Source of the DNA: an uncultured Methanocellales archaeon
GTDB lineage: Archaea > Halobacteriota > UBA148 > JAJOKI01
Direction of reading: 5' to 3'
Length of the DNA: 38,068 nucleotides
Assembly (NCBI GenBank): GCA_964412405.1
Contig: CAYPOB010000002.1
Location: forward strand, 1 to 38,068
Shown: positions 8,386-17,938 of the stretch, piece after piece
Position numbering within the stretch: the first letter of the stretch is position 1
Layout of the letters: the number at the start of each line of letters is the position of its first letter
Made by a program: the position numbers and the translations under genes
The notes under the pieces: generated by a model
Told to the model about the DNA's origin: nothing
The model's database searches: none
The model's input: only the letters and a program-made list of their open reading frames with translations

Positions 8386-9132
8386 ATGTATACTAAAAAG
8401 TTCGACGTACTTAATATCACAAGGAACTCGAGGACGAAGAGTACCAGTCTGACAGCCACAGAGGACACCGTCACTCTGTTTATCAACGACGTCAAGCTCG
8501 CGTCGATAATGGCCACGCCAGATATGTTGCGTGAACTGGCGGTAGGTTATCTCGTCTGCGAGGGGGTCGTCGGTGACCCCGGTGATATCATCGATGTACA
8601 TTTGGGCGAAAATTTGAACGTTTATGCAAGTATAAAGGCGAACGATCGTCTGGAGATCTGGCATGAGCTGCGTTCCAGTGGATGTATTGGCGTCGGCTGG
8701 GAGAGAGACGACGATGTTCACGTCACATCGGATGCTAAGTTCACCGTGAATTCTATCATGGACAGTCTGATAAATCTGAATTCAGATATCTATGATAAGA
8801 CCAGGGGCGTGCATAGCGCGAGTTTGATAGACCAGAGTGGCAACCTGGTTGCGAAGGCAATAGATGTCGGAAGGCACAACGCCGTCGACAAGGTGGTCGG
8901 GGGCGCTATTTTGAATGATATTGATATACACAATGTGTTTCTGCTGTCCACCGGTCGCCAACCCGCTGGAATGGTTTTAAAGGCGGCCAGGGTTGGCATC
9001 CCCGTGGTCGTCTCAAAAACGGCTCCGATATCATCTGGTATAGGGGCAGCGCGAAGAGTTGGCATCACGTTGGTTTGCTTTGCACGTGAAGACGGACTAT
9101 CGGTTTATTCACATTCAAAGAGGGTGGTGTAA
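8386..9132 (+). CDS. fdhD: formate dehydrogenase accessory sulfurtransferase FdhD
   Basis: 248-aa ORF with the SSGCIGVG cysteine loop and the GRHNAVDKVVG motif. Confidence 0.85.
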   Translation: MYTKKFDVLNITRNSRTKSTSLTATEDTVTLFINDVKLASIMATPDMLRELAVGYLVCEGVVGDPGDIIDVHLGENLNVYASIKANDRLEIWHELRSSGCIGVGWERDDDVHVTSDAKFTVNSIMDSLINLNSDIYDKTRGVHSASLIDQSGNLVAKAIDVGRHNAVDKVVGGAILNDIDIHNVFLLSTGRQPAGMVLKAARVGIPVVVSKTAPISSGIGAARRVGITLVCFAREDGLSVYSHSKRVV

Positions 9133-9135
9133 GAT

Positions 9136-9750
9136 ATGAAATCAGCAATCATTCTGGCGGGCGGGCGCAGCTCACGATTTGGCGAAACGGATAAATCACT
9201 GCTTAGGATTGGCAACAAAACGATGCTCGAATGCATAATTGACAATCTATCAGGGATCGTCGATGAAATTATCATAGTAGTTAGCGAGGTGGAGCAGGGG
9301 GAGAGAATCATATCTACCCTCGGCAGGGCAAGTATAGCATACGACTCCATTGTGGGCTTTGGGCCCATAGCAGGCATTTTAGCTGGAATGAAGGGCGCAA
9401 AATCAGAATATGTGGCTACCGTTGCCTGCGATATGCCGTTTGTAAATCCTGATGTTGTCGGGCTACTGTTCTCCCTGGCAGAGGGGTATGATGCAGCGGT
9501 ACCAAGATGGTCAGATGGCAAGTTTGAGCCGTTGCATGCAGTCTACAGGCGAGAGAACATGATATTGATAATGCGAGAGGCGGTTCAAAGAGGTGAGAAC
9601 GCCATCATGGCGCCATTGCGTGCGCTCAATGTCAGGTATGTGCCCATAGAGGAGGATATTCAAAAAATAGATGCCGAGCTGAAGACGTTTGTCAATGTGA
9701 ATACTCCGGAGGATCTGAAGACCTCAAAAATCGCTCTAATCTTCTCATAG
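9136..9750 (+). CDS. mobA: molybdenum cofactor guanylyltransferase
   Basis: N-terminal ILAGGRSSRFG nucleotide-binding motif and DMPF motif. 204 aa. Ends in TAG. Confidence 0.85.
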   Translation: MKSAIILAGGRSSRFGETDKSLLRIGNKTMLECIIDNLSGIVDEIIIVVSEVEQGERIISTLGRASIAYDSIVGFGPIAGILAGMKGAKSEYVATVACDMPFVNPDVVGLLFSLAEGYDAAVPRWSDGKFEPLHAVYRRENMILIMREAVQRGENAIMAPLRALNVRYVPIEEDIQKIDAELKTFVNVNTPEDLKTSKIALIFS

Positions 9751-9753
9751 TAT

Positions 9754-9921
9754 TCATCTAAACAATGTATGCCTGTATGACATTCCAAGTTTCTCGGCCG
9801 CTCTGTGGATCGAGTGCTCTTCGTCTATCGTCTGCAACAGCTTGGCGCGTCCCTCTCCCAGAAGTGGTGTACCATCCTTTTCCAGCCATATCTTCGCCTT
9901 CAATTTCATAAATCTTTTCAT
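9754..9921 (-). CDS. short ModE-N-like helix-turn-helix ORF (55 aa), apparently truncated
   Basis: MKRFMKLKAKIWLEKDGTPLLGEGRAKLLQTIDEEHSIHRAAEKLGMSYRHTLFR matches the first half of the ModE/molybdate-responsive wHTH domain (..LG.GR..LL..I...GSI..AA+.LGMSYR.AW). It stops right after the recognition helix. Its ATG overlaps the mobB TGA (ATGA). It is not in the ORF track because it is under 60 aa. Confidence 0.45.
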   Translation of the reverse strand: MKRFMKLKAKIWLEKDGTPLLGEGRAKLLQTIDEEHSIHRAAEKLGMSYRHTLFR

Positions 9922-10619
9922 CTCTTGAGCATGATCTTCAATTCGCTTGCATCGGCAGTGCCCTTCAGTGAGGATAATATGCCATTGATAACATTTGCGA
10001 TGAGCTCCCTGGTGAAGTGACCGAGCGGAATTTCCTTCCCATCCGCCTCAAGTATCACGTTGAGTTGCGAAAAAGATGGACAATCCGTGAGATTCTTCTC
10101 GCCATCATAAATGAGCTCTGCCAGCTTTGCGCGTTCCAAACCACACTTTCCACAGTTGAGCTCCGGCAGTTGCTTGTGAATCTTTTCTGCATCGATCGTT
10201 CGCTTCATATACTGCAGGATATCTTCCAAGTCGCCGTCATATCTGAAAACCGTATTTGGTCCTTCCTCGATATCGCCGACCGCAATTTTTGGTATATTCT
10301 CGTCCTTATATCCCTCGACGAGGATCAAATCTGGATTTAGATTCTTCTGGAGGATTTCGGTTATCCTTTCGAGCTCCATCTCGGCTTTAACTATAAACGC
10401 TGTTTCAGCAGGTGAACTGGCGACTACAGCACTCGCTCCAGCATTTGCATGCAACCATGTATCCTTGTTTTCCGTATCCACGGTGAAATCTTCGTGCGGA
10501 ATGTGTTTTATCGTGACTATGTCGTACCCTTCAGAAGTCAGCCTTCGTATCAACTCCGTTATCAGGGCAGTTTTTCCCGTTTTTGAATAGCCATATACGC
10601 CGAGAATCATCACGATCAC
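9918..10619 (-). CDS. mobB: molybdopterin-guanine dinucleotide biosynthesis adapter MobB with a C-terminal RnfB-N-like Cys domain
   Basis: N-terminal P-loop GYSKTGKT and a MobB core. The C-terminal LPELNCGKCGLERAKLAELIYDGEKNLTDCP resembles the CGxCG..C...C Fe-S domain of the RnfB N-terminus, but has Ala in place of one Cys. Confidence 0.8.
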   Translation of the reverse strand: MIVMILGVYGYSKTGKTALITELIRRLTSEGYDIVTIKHIPHEDFTVDTENKDTWLHANAGASAVVASSPAETAFIVKAEMELERITEILQKNLNPDLILVEGYKDENIPKIAVGDIEEGPNTVFRYDGDLEDILQYMKRTIDAEKIHKQLPELNCGKCGLERAKLAELIYDGEKNLTDCPSFSQLNVILEADGKEIPLGHFTRELIANVINGILSSLKGTADASELKIMLKR

Positions 10620-10622
10620 CTT

Positions 10623-11837
10623 TTACAATAATATCACATCGACTTCCTCGCCCTTCTCAACGAGGTCCACGTCAGCAGGGATATCTACATATCCATCGGC
10701 ATCTGCCATGCTGGTTATCGTGCCGGATTCCTTGAAGACGGGATGTGCGATATTCCCCTCTAACCTCACGGTCAAGAATTGGCTTCGCCCCAACGATGAG
10801 ACTATGCGCTTTGCCATCTTCGCCAGCATGACGATGTTTATCTTCTTGGGCAGGCGCGCGAGTGATCTAACAGCAGGCAGCAGAAATCGATAACCATTGC
10901 TCATACAGGCAGCAGGATATCCTGGCATTCCAAATACCGCTTTATTTTCGATTACGCCAAATAGGCTTGGCTTGCCTGGTTTAATCTGGACGCCGTGAAA
11001 TAGCACATCGCCCATCTCACGAATGATGTCGCATAATATATCGCGCTCTCCCACTGAGCTTCCGCCAGAAAAAACGACCAAATCATGTCGTCTTACTGCG
11101 CGCTCCATCGCGGATTTGATGTCTTCATATATATCGGGGATTATTTCGAACATGACTGGAATGCCACCGTTTTCGTTTACAATCGCCGAGAGCGTGTATG
11201 AATTGATGTCATATACCTGCCCCTCTTTTAAATCATCATCGAGATTCGCAATTTCATCTCCTGTGGGGATTATTGCCACCTCTGGCTTCTCATAAACGTG
11301 GACTTTTTGCATCCCAAGCGCTGATAACACGCCCATCCTGCTCGGATTCAGCAATTCTCCAGCACTCAGAACCGCACTGCCTGTGGAAATATCCTCTCCC
11401 TGTCTGGAAGTGTTCGCCCAAGGATGAAGCGGTTTGAATATTTTTATCTCTGCACCATCTTCCTCGGTATTCTCTACCATTACCACCGCATCGGCACCTT
11501 GCGGCATTTTGCAACCTGTTGCGATTTGAATGCATTCGCCGGACCTTGCCGTCTTTTCGCTGACCTCTCCCGCCTCTATCGCATCGACCAATTTCAACTT
11601 CTTTGGACTGAATTGTCCTGCACCATATGTATCCTCTGCTATAACAGCATAGCCATCCATGGCAGCACGGTCAAACGGCGGTACATCCATGCTGGCGATT
11701 ATATCCTCTGATAGCACACGCCCAGTGGCGCCGTCGATGGTAATCTCTTCCGTCCGCTCGATGGGGCCGATCGTACCTCTCACGATATCAAGCGCCGCCC
11801 CCAATGGAATCAAGGATTTAAAAGGCCGCATGCTCAT
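10623..11837 (-). CDS. moeA: molybdopterin molybdenumtransferase
   Basis: 404-aa ORF with the typical MoeA layout (..FDRAAMDGYAV.., ..SGGSSVGERD..). Confidence 0.9.
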   Translation of the reverse strand: MSMRPFKSLIPLGAALDIVRGTIGPIERTEEITIDGATGRVLSEDIIASMDVPPFDRAAMDGYAVIAEDTYGAGQFSPKKLKLVDAIEAGEVSEKTARSGECIQIATGCKMPQGADAVVMVENTEEDGAEIKIFKPLHPWANTSRQGEDISTGSAVLSAGELLNPSRMGVLSALGMQKVHVYEKPEVAIIPTGDEIANLDDDLKEGQVYDINSYTLSAIVNENGGIPVMFEIIPDIYEDIKSAMERAVRRHDLVVFSGGSSVGERDILCDIIREMGDVLFHGVQIKPGKPSLFGVIENKAVFGMPGYPAACMSNGYRFLLPAVRSLARLPKKINIVMLAKMAKRIVSSLGRSQFLTVRLEGNIAHPVFKESGTITSMADADGYVDIPADVDLVEKGEEVDVILL

Positions 11838-12337
11838 CTATTCGCCTCCCAGACCATATGCCCTATCTCCGGTATGATTAATTTTTTCATGCCCAGGGTG
11901 ACGGCATTTTTCGATCCAGGCATGCATATCATGACTTTGCCCTTTGCGGTACCAGCCAGCGCACGGCTCATCATCGCCGCGCTTTTTATCTCTCCATAGC
12001 TGAAAAATCGAAAAATCTCACCAAAGCCATCCAGCTTTTTATCAAGTAATCCTGAGAGTGCCTCGATGGTAACGTCGCGCTTACCTATCCCAGTACCGCC
12101 GCTTGTGATTATCGCCTGCACATCGGGATTGTCGATCAACATGGACATAACCTCTCTGATTTTTTCAAACTCATCTTTTAGAATGGCATATTCAACCACG
12201 ATGTGGCCATGTTCTTGCAATAGGTCTTTTATCAGCTTCCCGGATTCGTCGGTTTCTTCGGTCCTCGTATCGCTGATGGTCAATATCGCACACCGCACAT
12301 TTTTCAGCGCATGACATTTGTGGCCGTTGACGCTCAT
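11834..12337 (-). CDS. moaB: molybdenum cofactor biosynthesis protein B (MogA/MoaB family)
   Basis: 167 aa with ILTISDTR, TSGGTGIGKRD and PGS motifs. Confidence 0.85.
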   Translation of the reverse strand: MSVNGHKCHALKNVRCAILTISDTRTEETDESGKLIKDLLQEHGHIVVEYAILKDEFEKIREVMSMLIDNPDVQAIITSGGTGIGKRDVTIEALSGLLDKKLDGFGEIFRFFSYGEIKSAAMMSRALAGTAKGKVMICMPGSKNAVTLGMKKLIIPEIGHMVWEANR

Positions 12338-12784
12338 TTATCCTTTCACCTTCTCCAAGATTTCTATATTTGTCAGTCTAGTCGAAGGGTACTGTCCGTC
12401 CTCATCCTTTTCCAGATATTTAACCATGTCCCAGATAGTCAGCAATGCGATGGTAACGCCCGTGATGGCCTCCATTTCGACGCCCGTTTTGTAATCTGCC
12501 CGGACCTGACAGTAGCAGACGATTCTGTCCTCTCCAATCTCGTAGTCAAAACTCACGCTCGTTAATGGAATTGGATGGCAGAGTGGAATTATCTCCGAAG
12601 CCCTCTTGACGGCCATGATACCGCCTACTTCTGCTGTCGCAAGAACATCCCCCTTCTCAATTTTGCCCTTTTGTATGAGGTTGACCGTATCTCTCTTGAG
12701 CAGTATTTCCCCTCTTGCCTTTGCGCTCCTTTTTACAATATCCTTGGCACCTATGTCAATCATTCTCGTTCGCAAGAACATCAC
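12338..12784 (-). CDS. moaC: cyclic pyranopterin monophosphate synthase accessory protein
   Basis: 148 aa with the MIDIGAK..., IPLCHPIPL and GVEMEA motifs characteristic of MoaC. Confidence 0.9.
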   Translation of the reverse strand: MMFLRTRMIDIGAKDIVKRSAKARGEILLKRDTVNLIQKGKIEKGDVLATAEVGGIMAVKRASEIIPLCHPIPLTSVSFDYEIGEDRIVCYCQVRADYKTGVEMEAITGVTIALLTIWDMVKYLEKDEDGQYPSTRLTNIEILEKVKG

Positions 12785-13184
12785 CCCCTACCCAGTATTC
12801 GCCATCGGTCGTGAACTCCTTCTTCCAGATCGGCACGACCTTTTTCAACTCGTCTATGAGGAACTCACACGCCGCAAACGCGTCCTTGCGATGCTCTGCG
12901 CTGACCGCGATGAGCACGATATTGTCCGAAATGTCAAGGGTGCCAATTCGGTGTATCATCGTTACATCCTTGGTATCGAAGCGCCGCATTGTAGTGTTTT
13001 TTAGTTCATTCATCTTCTCCAGTGCTACCTCTTTATATGTCTCAAAGTAGAGTTTCTCAACGGTTTTCCCTTTTGAACGCCCCCTCACCCTGCCGAGAAA
13101 AAGGACAATTGCGCCAACATCCTCATCTTTCATCTTCGACATAACATCTTCAATTTTGAAATCGCCCTCTATAATATCGATCAT
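12756..13184 (-). CDS. moaE: molybdopterin synthase catalytic (large) subunit
   Basis: 142 aa. GAIVLFLGRVR, IAVSAEHRKDAF and PIWKKE motifs are typical of MoaE. No moaD lies inside this cluster. Confidence 0.85.
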   Translation of the reverse strand: MIDIIEGDFKIEDVMSKMKDEDVGAIVLFLGRVRGRSKGKTVEKLYFETYKEVALEKMNELKNTTMRRFDTKDVTMIHRIGTLDISDNIVLIAVSAEHRKDAFAACEFLIDELKKVVPIWKKEFTTDGEYWVGGDVLANEND

Positions 13185-13188
13185 GGTC

Positions 13189-14106
13189 TCACACCCAGAA
13201 CGGCTCCCTCAGTAAGATTGCTTTTTTAAAAATCTCGGTCAACTCCTCATCCGATGCGCCATCCCCAATCGGCCCAATTATATCCACCAAATTATCAGTC
13301 TCCAGCAGGCACGGTTTCAGTCTTCCGTCGGGAGTTACCCGCATCCGTGTGCAATTTTTACAGAATGTAGTGTTATGCATCGGTCTGACGATTTCCACTT
13401 CGCTGATGCCGCCGCAATTCTCGATGAAATATTTGCGTCGGTGGTGTAACTCGCGCTCTTGAACTCGAACCGCCCTTCTCCAGATATCGGCCTCGATGAG
13501 TGTGAAATCCTGGTGATATCTCTTGTAGATATCATTACTTACGTCGCTTGCTTCAAGCTCTATCAACTGTAAAATTATATTATCATTCTTGGCGATAAAG
13601 TTAATCATGCCTTCGATATCGGAATCGTTGATGTCCTTCATTATGACCATGTTCAGCTTAATGGGCATTAAATCATTAGCTACAGCTGCTTCAATCCCCG
13701 TAATTGCTTGCGGTAGAGCATCCGTCTTGGTGATCATCTTATATTTCTGCGGGTCCAATGTATCAAGACTAATGTTGACCCTTTTTAGCCCAGCATCTTT
13801 GAGCTCTGGACAATATTGGTCCAGCAACGTGCCATTGGTGGTCAGCGATATGTCGTGTATGTGATTCGATGCACGCTGAATGATATCATAGATATCCTCT
13901 CTAAGAAGCGGCTCCCCGCCGCTCAGCTTTAGCTTTGTCATTCCAAGCTTTGTGCCGATTTCTATGATTTTCTCGATTTCAGATGGAGACATCTCCTCCT
14001 CTGTGGCATCCTGTCCTTCTTTGTGGCAGTAAAAGCACTTCAGGTTGCATCGCTGTGTGACTGATATGCGCAGACTGTCGATATTCCTGCCAAATTTATC
14101 CTGCAT
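13189..14106 (-). CDS. moaA: GTP 3',8-cyclase (radical SAM)
   Basis: 305 aa with the radical-SAM CNLKCFYC motif and a C-terminal CKNCTRMRVTPDGRLKPC cluster. Confidence 0.9.
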   Translation of the reverse strand: MQDKFGRNIDSLRISVTQRCNLKCFYCHKEGQDATEEEMSPSEIEKIIEIGTKLGMTKLKLSGGEPLLREDIYDIIQRASNHIHDISLTTNGTLLDQYCPELKDAGLKRVNISLDTLDPQKYKMITKTDALPQAITGIEAAVANDLMPIKLNMVIMKDINDSDIEGMINFIAKNDNIILQLIELEASDVSNDIYKRYHQDFTLIEADIWRRAVRVQERELHHRRKYFIENCGGISEVEIVRPMHNTTFCKNCTRMRVTPDGRLKPCLLETDNLVDIIGPIGDGASDEELTEIFKKAILLREPFWV

Positions 14107-14196
14107 ACTGTTGAATATGTTATCTTAAGCATATAACGATTAAACCTTTTCATCTTGGTCGGTCAACGCGAACAGCGGATTGCGCATATGACAACA

Positions 14197-14937
14197 TTAC
14201 ATATCCTCTGGGGTGGGGTGTTTTCTGGAGGTAATCCTCACTATCAATAGACTGATCTCATAAAAGAACACCATTGGAATCCCAATCATCAGTTGAGTTA
14301 TCACCTCTGGCGGAGTTATGAAGGCCGAAATGATAAAAATGAGAACGATTGCATGTTTTCGATGTCGAACCAGTGTTGAATGATCTACAATGCCTGCACG
14401 AACCAGCAAGGATAGTGCCAGTGGCATTTGAAACGCCAGGCCGAATATGATGACCATTATTGCCGCAAAGGAAATGAACTCGCGTATTGAATACGTTGCT
14501 ATGGCACCAGCCCCGATAGCCTGGAAATATAAAAACTGCAGCAATACGGGCAGCATGATAAAATATGCATATGCCGCACCGACTAAAAACAAACAGATGG
14601 AGGATGTCGCCACAAGTATCCAGGAATATCTTCCCATGCCGAATAATCTCACCGAGGCTATCCTTCCTTTTAGCGCTTTATTCACATAATATAAGATCAG
14701 CGGCAGCACTGCAAGCATGCCAAATATGACGGATAACTGCAACTGTAGTATCATCACCTCGAGAGGGTGAAGGAATATCAGCTTTGCCTCTCCTGGAAGA
14801 AGATCAATCCTAATTCGATGAAGTATGCCAGCCATAAAAGGGAATATTCCGAACGTACCAATGGCTATGGTAATTCCTATATATGCTAATTTTTTTCGTA
14901 ATTCTACCAGAACTACGTTAAAGTCATTTAAGGACAT
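14197..14937 (-). CDS. tatC: twin-arginine translocase subunit TatC (paralog 1)
   Basis: 246-aa polytopic membrane protein with the N-terminal LVELRKKL motif and a TatC-like six-helix layout. Confidence 0.75.
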   Translation of the reverse strand: MSLNDFNVVLVELRKKLAYIGITIAIGTFGIFPFMAGILHRIRIDLLPGEAKLIFLHPLEVMILQLQLSVIFGMLAVLPLILYYVNKALKGRIASVRLFGMGRYSWILVATSSICLFLVGAAYAYFIMLPVLLQFLYFQAIGAGAIATYSIREFISFAAIMVIIFGLAFQMPLALSLLVRAGIVDHSTLVRHRKHAIVLIFIISAFITPPEVITQLMIGIPMVFFYEISLLIVRITSRKHPTPEDM

Positions 14938-15036
14938 TTATCTCTTACTTATTTCTTAATGGAGCGCATTACCTATTAGAACTATCGGAGAGTTGTAATT
15001 ATGTGCTTTGTAGTGATTAGTAATTAAGTTTAAGGG

Positions 15037-15807
15037 GTGGTAAGAACTTATTTGGGGTTGAGATATGCGATGAACAAGACCAGCAACACGAGATACAGCA
15101 CGCCCCCAGCTGATAAAGACCAGCCACTGATGGAACACATAGCTGAATTACGATATAGGTTGCTCGTAATCCTGGCAGGGGTGTCCATCGTAACTGCAAT
15201 CGTATTTCCATTTTCCCCTGTGCTGCTTGATATGATATGGGGCCATCTGGTCCCACCAGGCGTTGAGATGGTGGTCTACGGGCCATGGGAAATTATCACG
15301 GCGAGGTTTACGCTCTCCCTCGTCTTCGCCCTCATATTTGGCGTACCGCTGATCATTTATGAACTACTGATATTCGCGAATCCTGGCTTGTTTCCAGGCG
15401 AGAGGCGTTTTTTCCTGATAGTCGTACCGTTTTCGCTTATTTTGTTCATAATTGGAGGGCTGCTGGCCTACTTCATAGTACTGCCACTTTTATTCAAATA
15501 CTTGATAGTTTTCGCCGGCGATGTCGCAGTCGCACAACTATCGATCAGTAGAACGTTCTCGGTTGTGACGACGACGTTTGTTGGATTTGGATTGGCATTC
15601 CAGACGCCTTTATTGGTAACTATCGCTGTGAAAATGGGACTGGTAAAATACAAAGAGCTGAAGGAGAAGCGCTTATGGATATATGGCGTGCTTTTGGTCT
15701 TTGCAGCGTTCATATCACCAGATCCAACTGCCATCTCACAATTAATAGTGGCATCTATGTTGGTAGTGCTATTTGAGGTCAGTTTATTGATAGCGAAATT
15801 CCTATAA
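15037..15807 (+). CDS. tatC: twin-arginine translocase subunit TatC (paralog 2)
   Basis: It has the MEHIAELRYRLL motif and a six-helix TatC layout. It is divergent from paralog 1. The true start is probably an internal Met (15070 or later). Confidence 0.75.
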   Translation: MVRTYLGLRYAMNKTSNTRYSTPPADKDQPLMEHIAELRYRLLVILAGVSIVTAIVFPFSPVLLDMIWGHLVPPGVEMVVYGPWEIITARFTLSLVFALIFGVPLIIYELLIFANPGLFPGERRFFLIVVPFSLILFIIGGLLAYFIVLPLLFKYLIVFAGDVAVAQLSISRTFSVVTTTFVGFGLAFQTPLLVTIAVKMGLVKYKELKEKRLWIYGVLLVFAAFISPDPTAISQLIVASMLVVLFEVSLLIAKFL

Positions 15808-15816
15808 AGGACGAAT

Positions 15817-16536
15817 GTGAACAAAAAGATGATTTTGATTAACGGATTATCAAAGGTCTTCGACGGCAACGTTGCCTTAAAGGATATCGATCTCGAAGTG
15901 AAAAAAGGTGAGTTTATAGCGCTCTTCGGTCCCAACGGTGCTGGCAAGACGACGCTCATCAAAATCATATCGACGCTGATCAGCCCAACGTCAGGCTCCA
16001 TCATGATAGATGGCTATGATATAAAAGAGGCACCCATTGAAGTGCGCAAAAGGATCGGCGTCATTTCGCACGAGACATATCTGTACGATGATTTGACAGC
16101 ATGCGAAAATCTCCAGTTTTACGGTAGGATGTACCAGGTAGATGACTTGGATGAGCGCATATCCAAGGTGATATCAGATGTCAACCTGTCAAGGAGGTTG
16201 GATGATATAGTCCGAACATTTTCCAGAGGGATGAAGCAACGCCTTTCTATCGCAAGGGCAATTCTGCATGATCCTCCTATATTACTCCTTGACGAGCCTT
16301 ACACTGGATTGGACCCGCATGCCGCCGCGACCTTTGACGGAATCTTGGAACAGTTGAACCTTCTAGATAAGACCGTGATGATGACCACACATATGATAGA
16401 CCAGGGGCTGGAGATGGGTGACAGGGTGGCGATATTGAACATGGGAGAGATAACCTGTGATATGCCAAAGAACCAAATTCGTGATGAAGCGCACTTCAAA
16501 TCCATTTACGAGCAGTGTGTAGGGGTGGAATTATGA
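15817..16536 (+). CDS. ccmA: ABC ATPase of the haem exporter / cytochrome c maturation system
   Basis: Walker A GPNGAGKTT, signature FSRGMKQRLSIA, Walker B LLLDEP. It is followed by the ccmB and ccmC homologues with an ATGA overlap. Confidence 0.7.
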   Translation: MNKKMILINGLSKVFDGNVALKDIDLEVKKGEFIALFGPNGAGKTTLIKIISTLISPTSGSIMIDGYDIKEAPIEVRKRIGVISHETYLYDDLTACENLQFYGRMYQVDDLDERISKVISDVNLSRRLDDIVRTFSRGMKQRLSIARAILHDPPILLLDEPYTGLDPHAAATFDGILEQLNLLDKTVMMTTHMIDQGLEMGDRVAILNMGEITCDMPKNQIRDEAHFKSIYEQCVGVEL

Positions 16537-17192
16537 GACATTGTCTGAACATAGCCTGGAAGGACCTCAAAACCGAGTTCAGAACGAAACAGATGCTGAA
16601 CTCGATGCTGCTCTTCGCATTTCTGGTGGTCTTAATATTCAGCTTTGCATTTGGTCCATTTCCCGAGAACGTCGATCAGCTGGCACCTGCCATTCTATGG
16701 GTTGCGTTCACCTTCGCCGGAATGCTCGGACTATCACGGTCTTTCGCGTCTGAAAAAGAGAACGGATGCCTTGATGGACTGAAGCTCTGCCCGGTGGATA
16801 GAAGCGATATCTATGTGGGGAAGGCGATATCAAATATAATACTGATGTTCATAATGGTGATGGTTACTGTGCCAGTATTCATGGTGCTCTTCGATTACAG
16901 CATTCCCGATCCGTTAGGGTTGTCATTCGTCATCGTGCTTGGAACATTGGGATTCGTGTTTGTGGGGACATTGCTCTCAGCGCTGACCGTAAATGTGCGG
17001 GCGAGGGAATTACTCCTTCCAGTCATTCTTTTCCCGGTCATATTGCCTGTAATCATCTCCGCCGTCCTTGCCACTGGTAAGGTACTTGGCGGCATAAATG
17101 ACATATGGGCGGAAGTGCGGATACTGGGCACCTATAGTGCCATATTTTTTATAGTATCGCTGCTCATATTCGAATATATCATCGAGGACTGA
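16533..17192 (+). CDS. ccmB: haem exporter membrane protein CcmB
   Basis: About 219 aa with six predicted helices and an N-terminal AWKDLKTEFRTKQ motif like CcmB. The start ATG 16533 overlaps the ccmA stop. Confidence 0.7.
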   Translation: MRHCLNIAWKDLKTEFRTKQMLNSMLLFAFLVVLIFSFAFGPFPENVDQLAPAILWVAFTFAGMLGLSRSFASEKENGCLDGLKLCPVDRSDIYVGKAISNIILMFIMVMVTVPVFMVLFDYSIPDPLGLSFVIVLGTLGFVFVGTLLSALTVNVRARELLLPVILFPVILPVIISAVLATGKVLGGINDIWAEVRILGTYSAIFFIVSLLIFEYIIED

Positions 17193-17229
17193 TAAAATAC
17201 TCAAAAAGATTCTCCCCTGGGTAACCCTT

Positions 17230-17856
17230 GTGACGATGGTTGCTGCAATATATGTGGTATTTTCTCCTGTTTCTGCCATATACGGACCTGATGGTATGCC
17301 CCTTGGTGATACTTTCAGGATATTCTACTTCCATGTGCCATTGGCATGGGTTGCCTATCTAGCCTTCTTCATCGTATTCGTTTCAAGCATTCTGTATCTA
17401 AAAACAAGAGCTTTAAAATGGGATGCCTTTGCATCATCATCGGCAGAGATCGGAGTTATATTTTGCGGACTGGTCCTGATAACGGGCATGATCTGGGCGA
17501 AATATGTATGGGGGGTCTGGTGGGTATGGGTCCCCCAACTGACAACCGCTCTGATCCTGTGGCTGTCATATGCAGCATATTTGATGGTTCGGTCCGCCGT
17601 CCCTGAGTCGGAGAGAAAAGCACGACTTGCAGCAGTATTCGGTATCGTCGCCTTCATAGGGGTGCCACTCAGCCACTTCTCGGTGAAAATCTGGGCACAC
17701 CCCATCCATCCACCCGTGGTTAGAGCTGGTGAGATTTATGGATATCCTGTGTATGTGTTGTTGCTCAACATACTGGCGTTCACGTTGCTCTATATATATC
17801 TGTTTTCAAATAGGGTGGACATCGAGAGAATGAGTGAAGAAGCTCAGCAGGCATAA
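17230..17856 (+). CDS. ccmC: haem lyase/handling protein CcmC
   Basis: 208 aa with the Trp-rich motif WAKYVWGVWWVWVPQLT (WGxxWxW type) and flanking His residues. Confidence 0.8.
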   Translation: MTMVAAIYVVFSPVSAIYGPDGMPLGDTFRIFYFHVPLAWVAYLAFFIVFVSSILYLKTRALKWDAFASSSAEIGVIFCGLVLITGMIWAKYVWGVWWVWVPQLTTALILWLSYAAYLMVRSAVPESERKARLAAVFGIVAFIGVPLSHFSVKIWAHPIHPPVVRAGEIYGYPVYVLLLNILAFTLLYIYLFSNRVDIERMSEEAQQA

Positions 17857-17938
17857 AAGTGTCTTCATATCTCGTGGTGATTTTTTATCTAAAACCCATC
17901 TACTCTTTACCCTTTCTACAAACGATTGACGATTTTAT

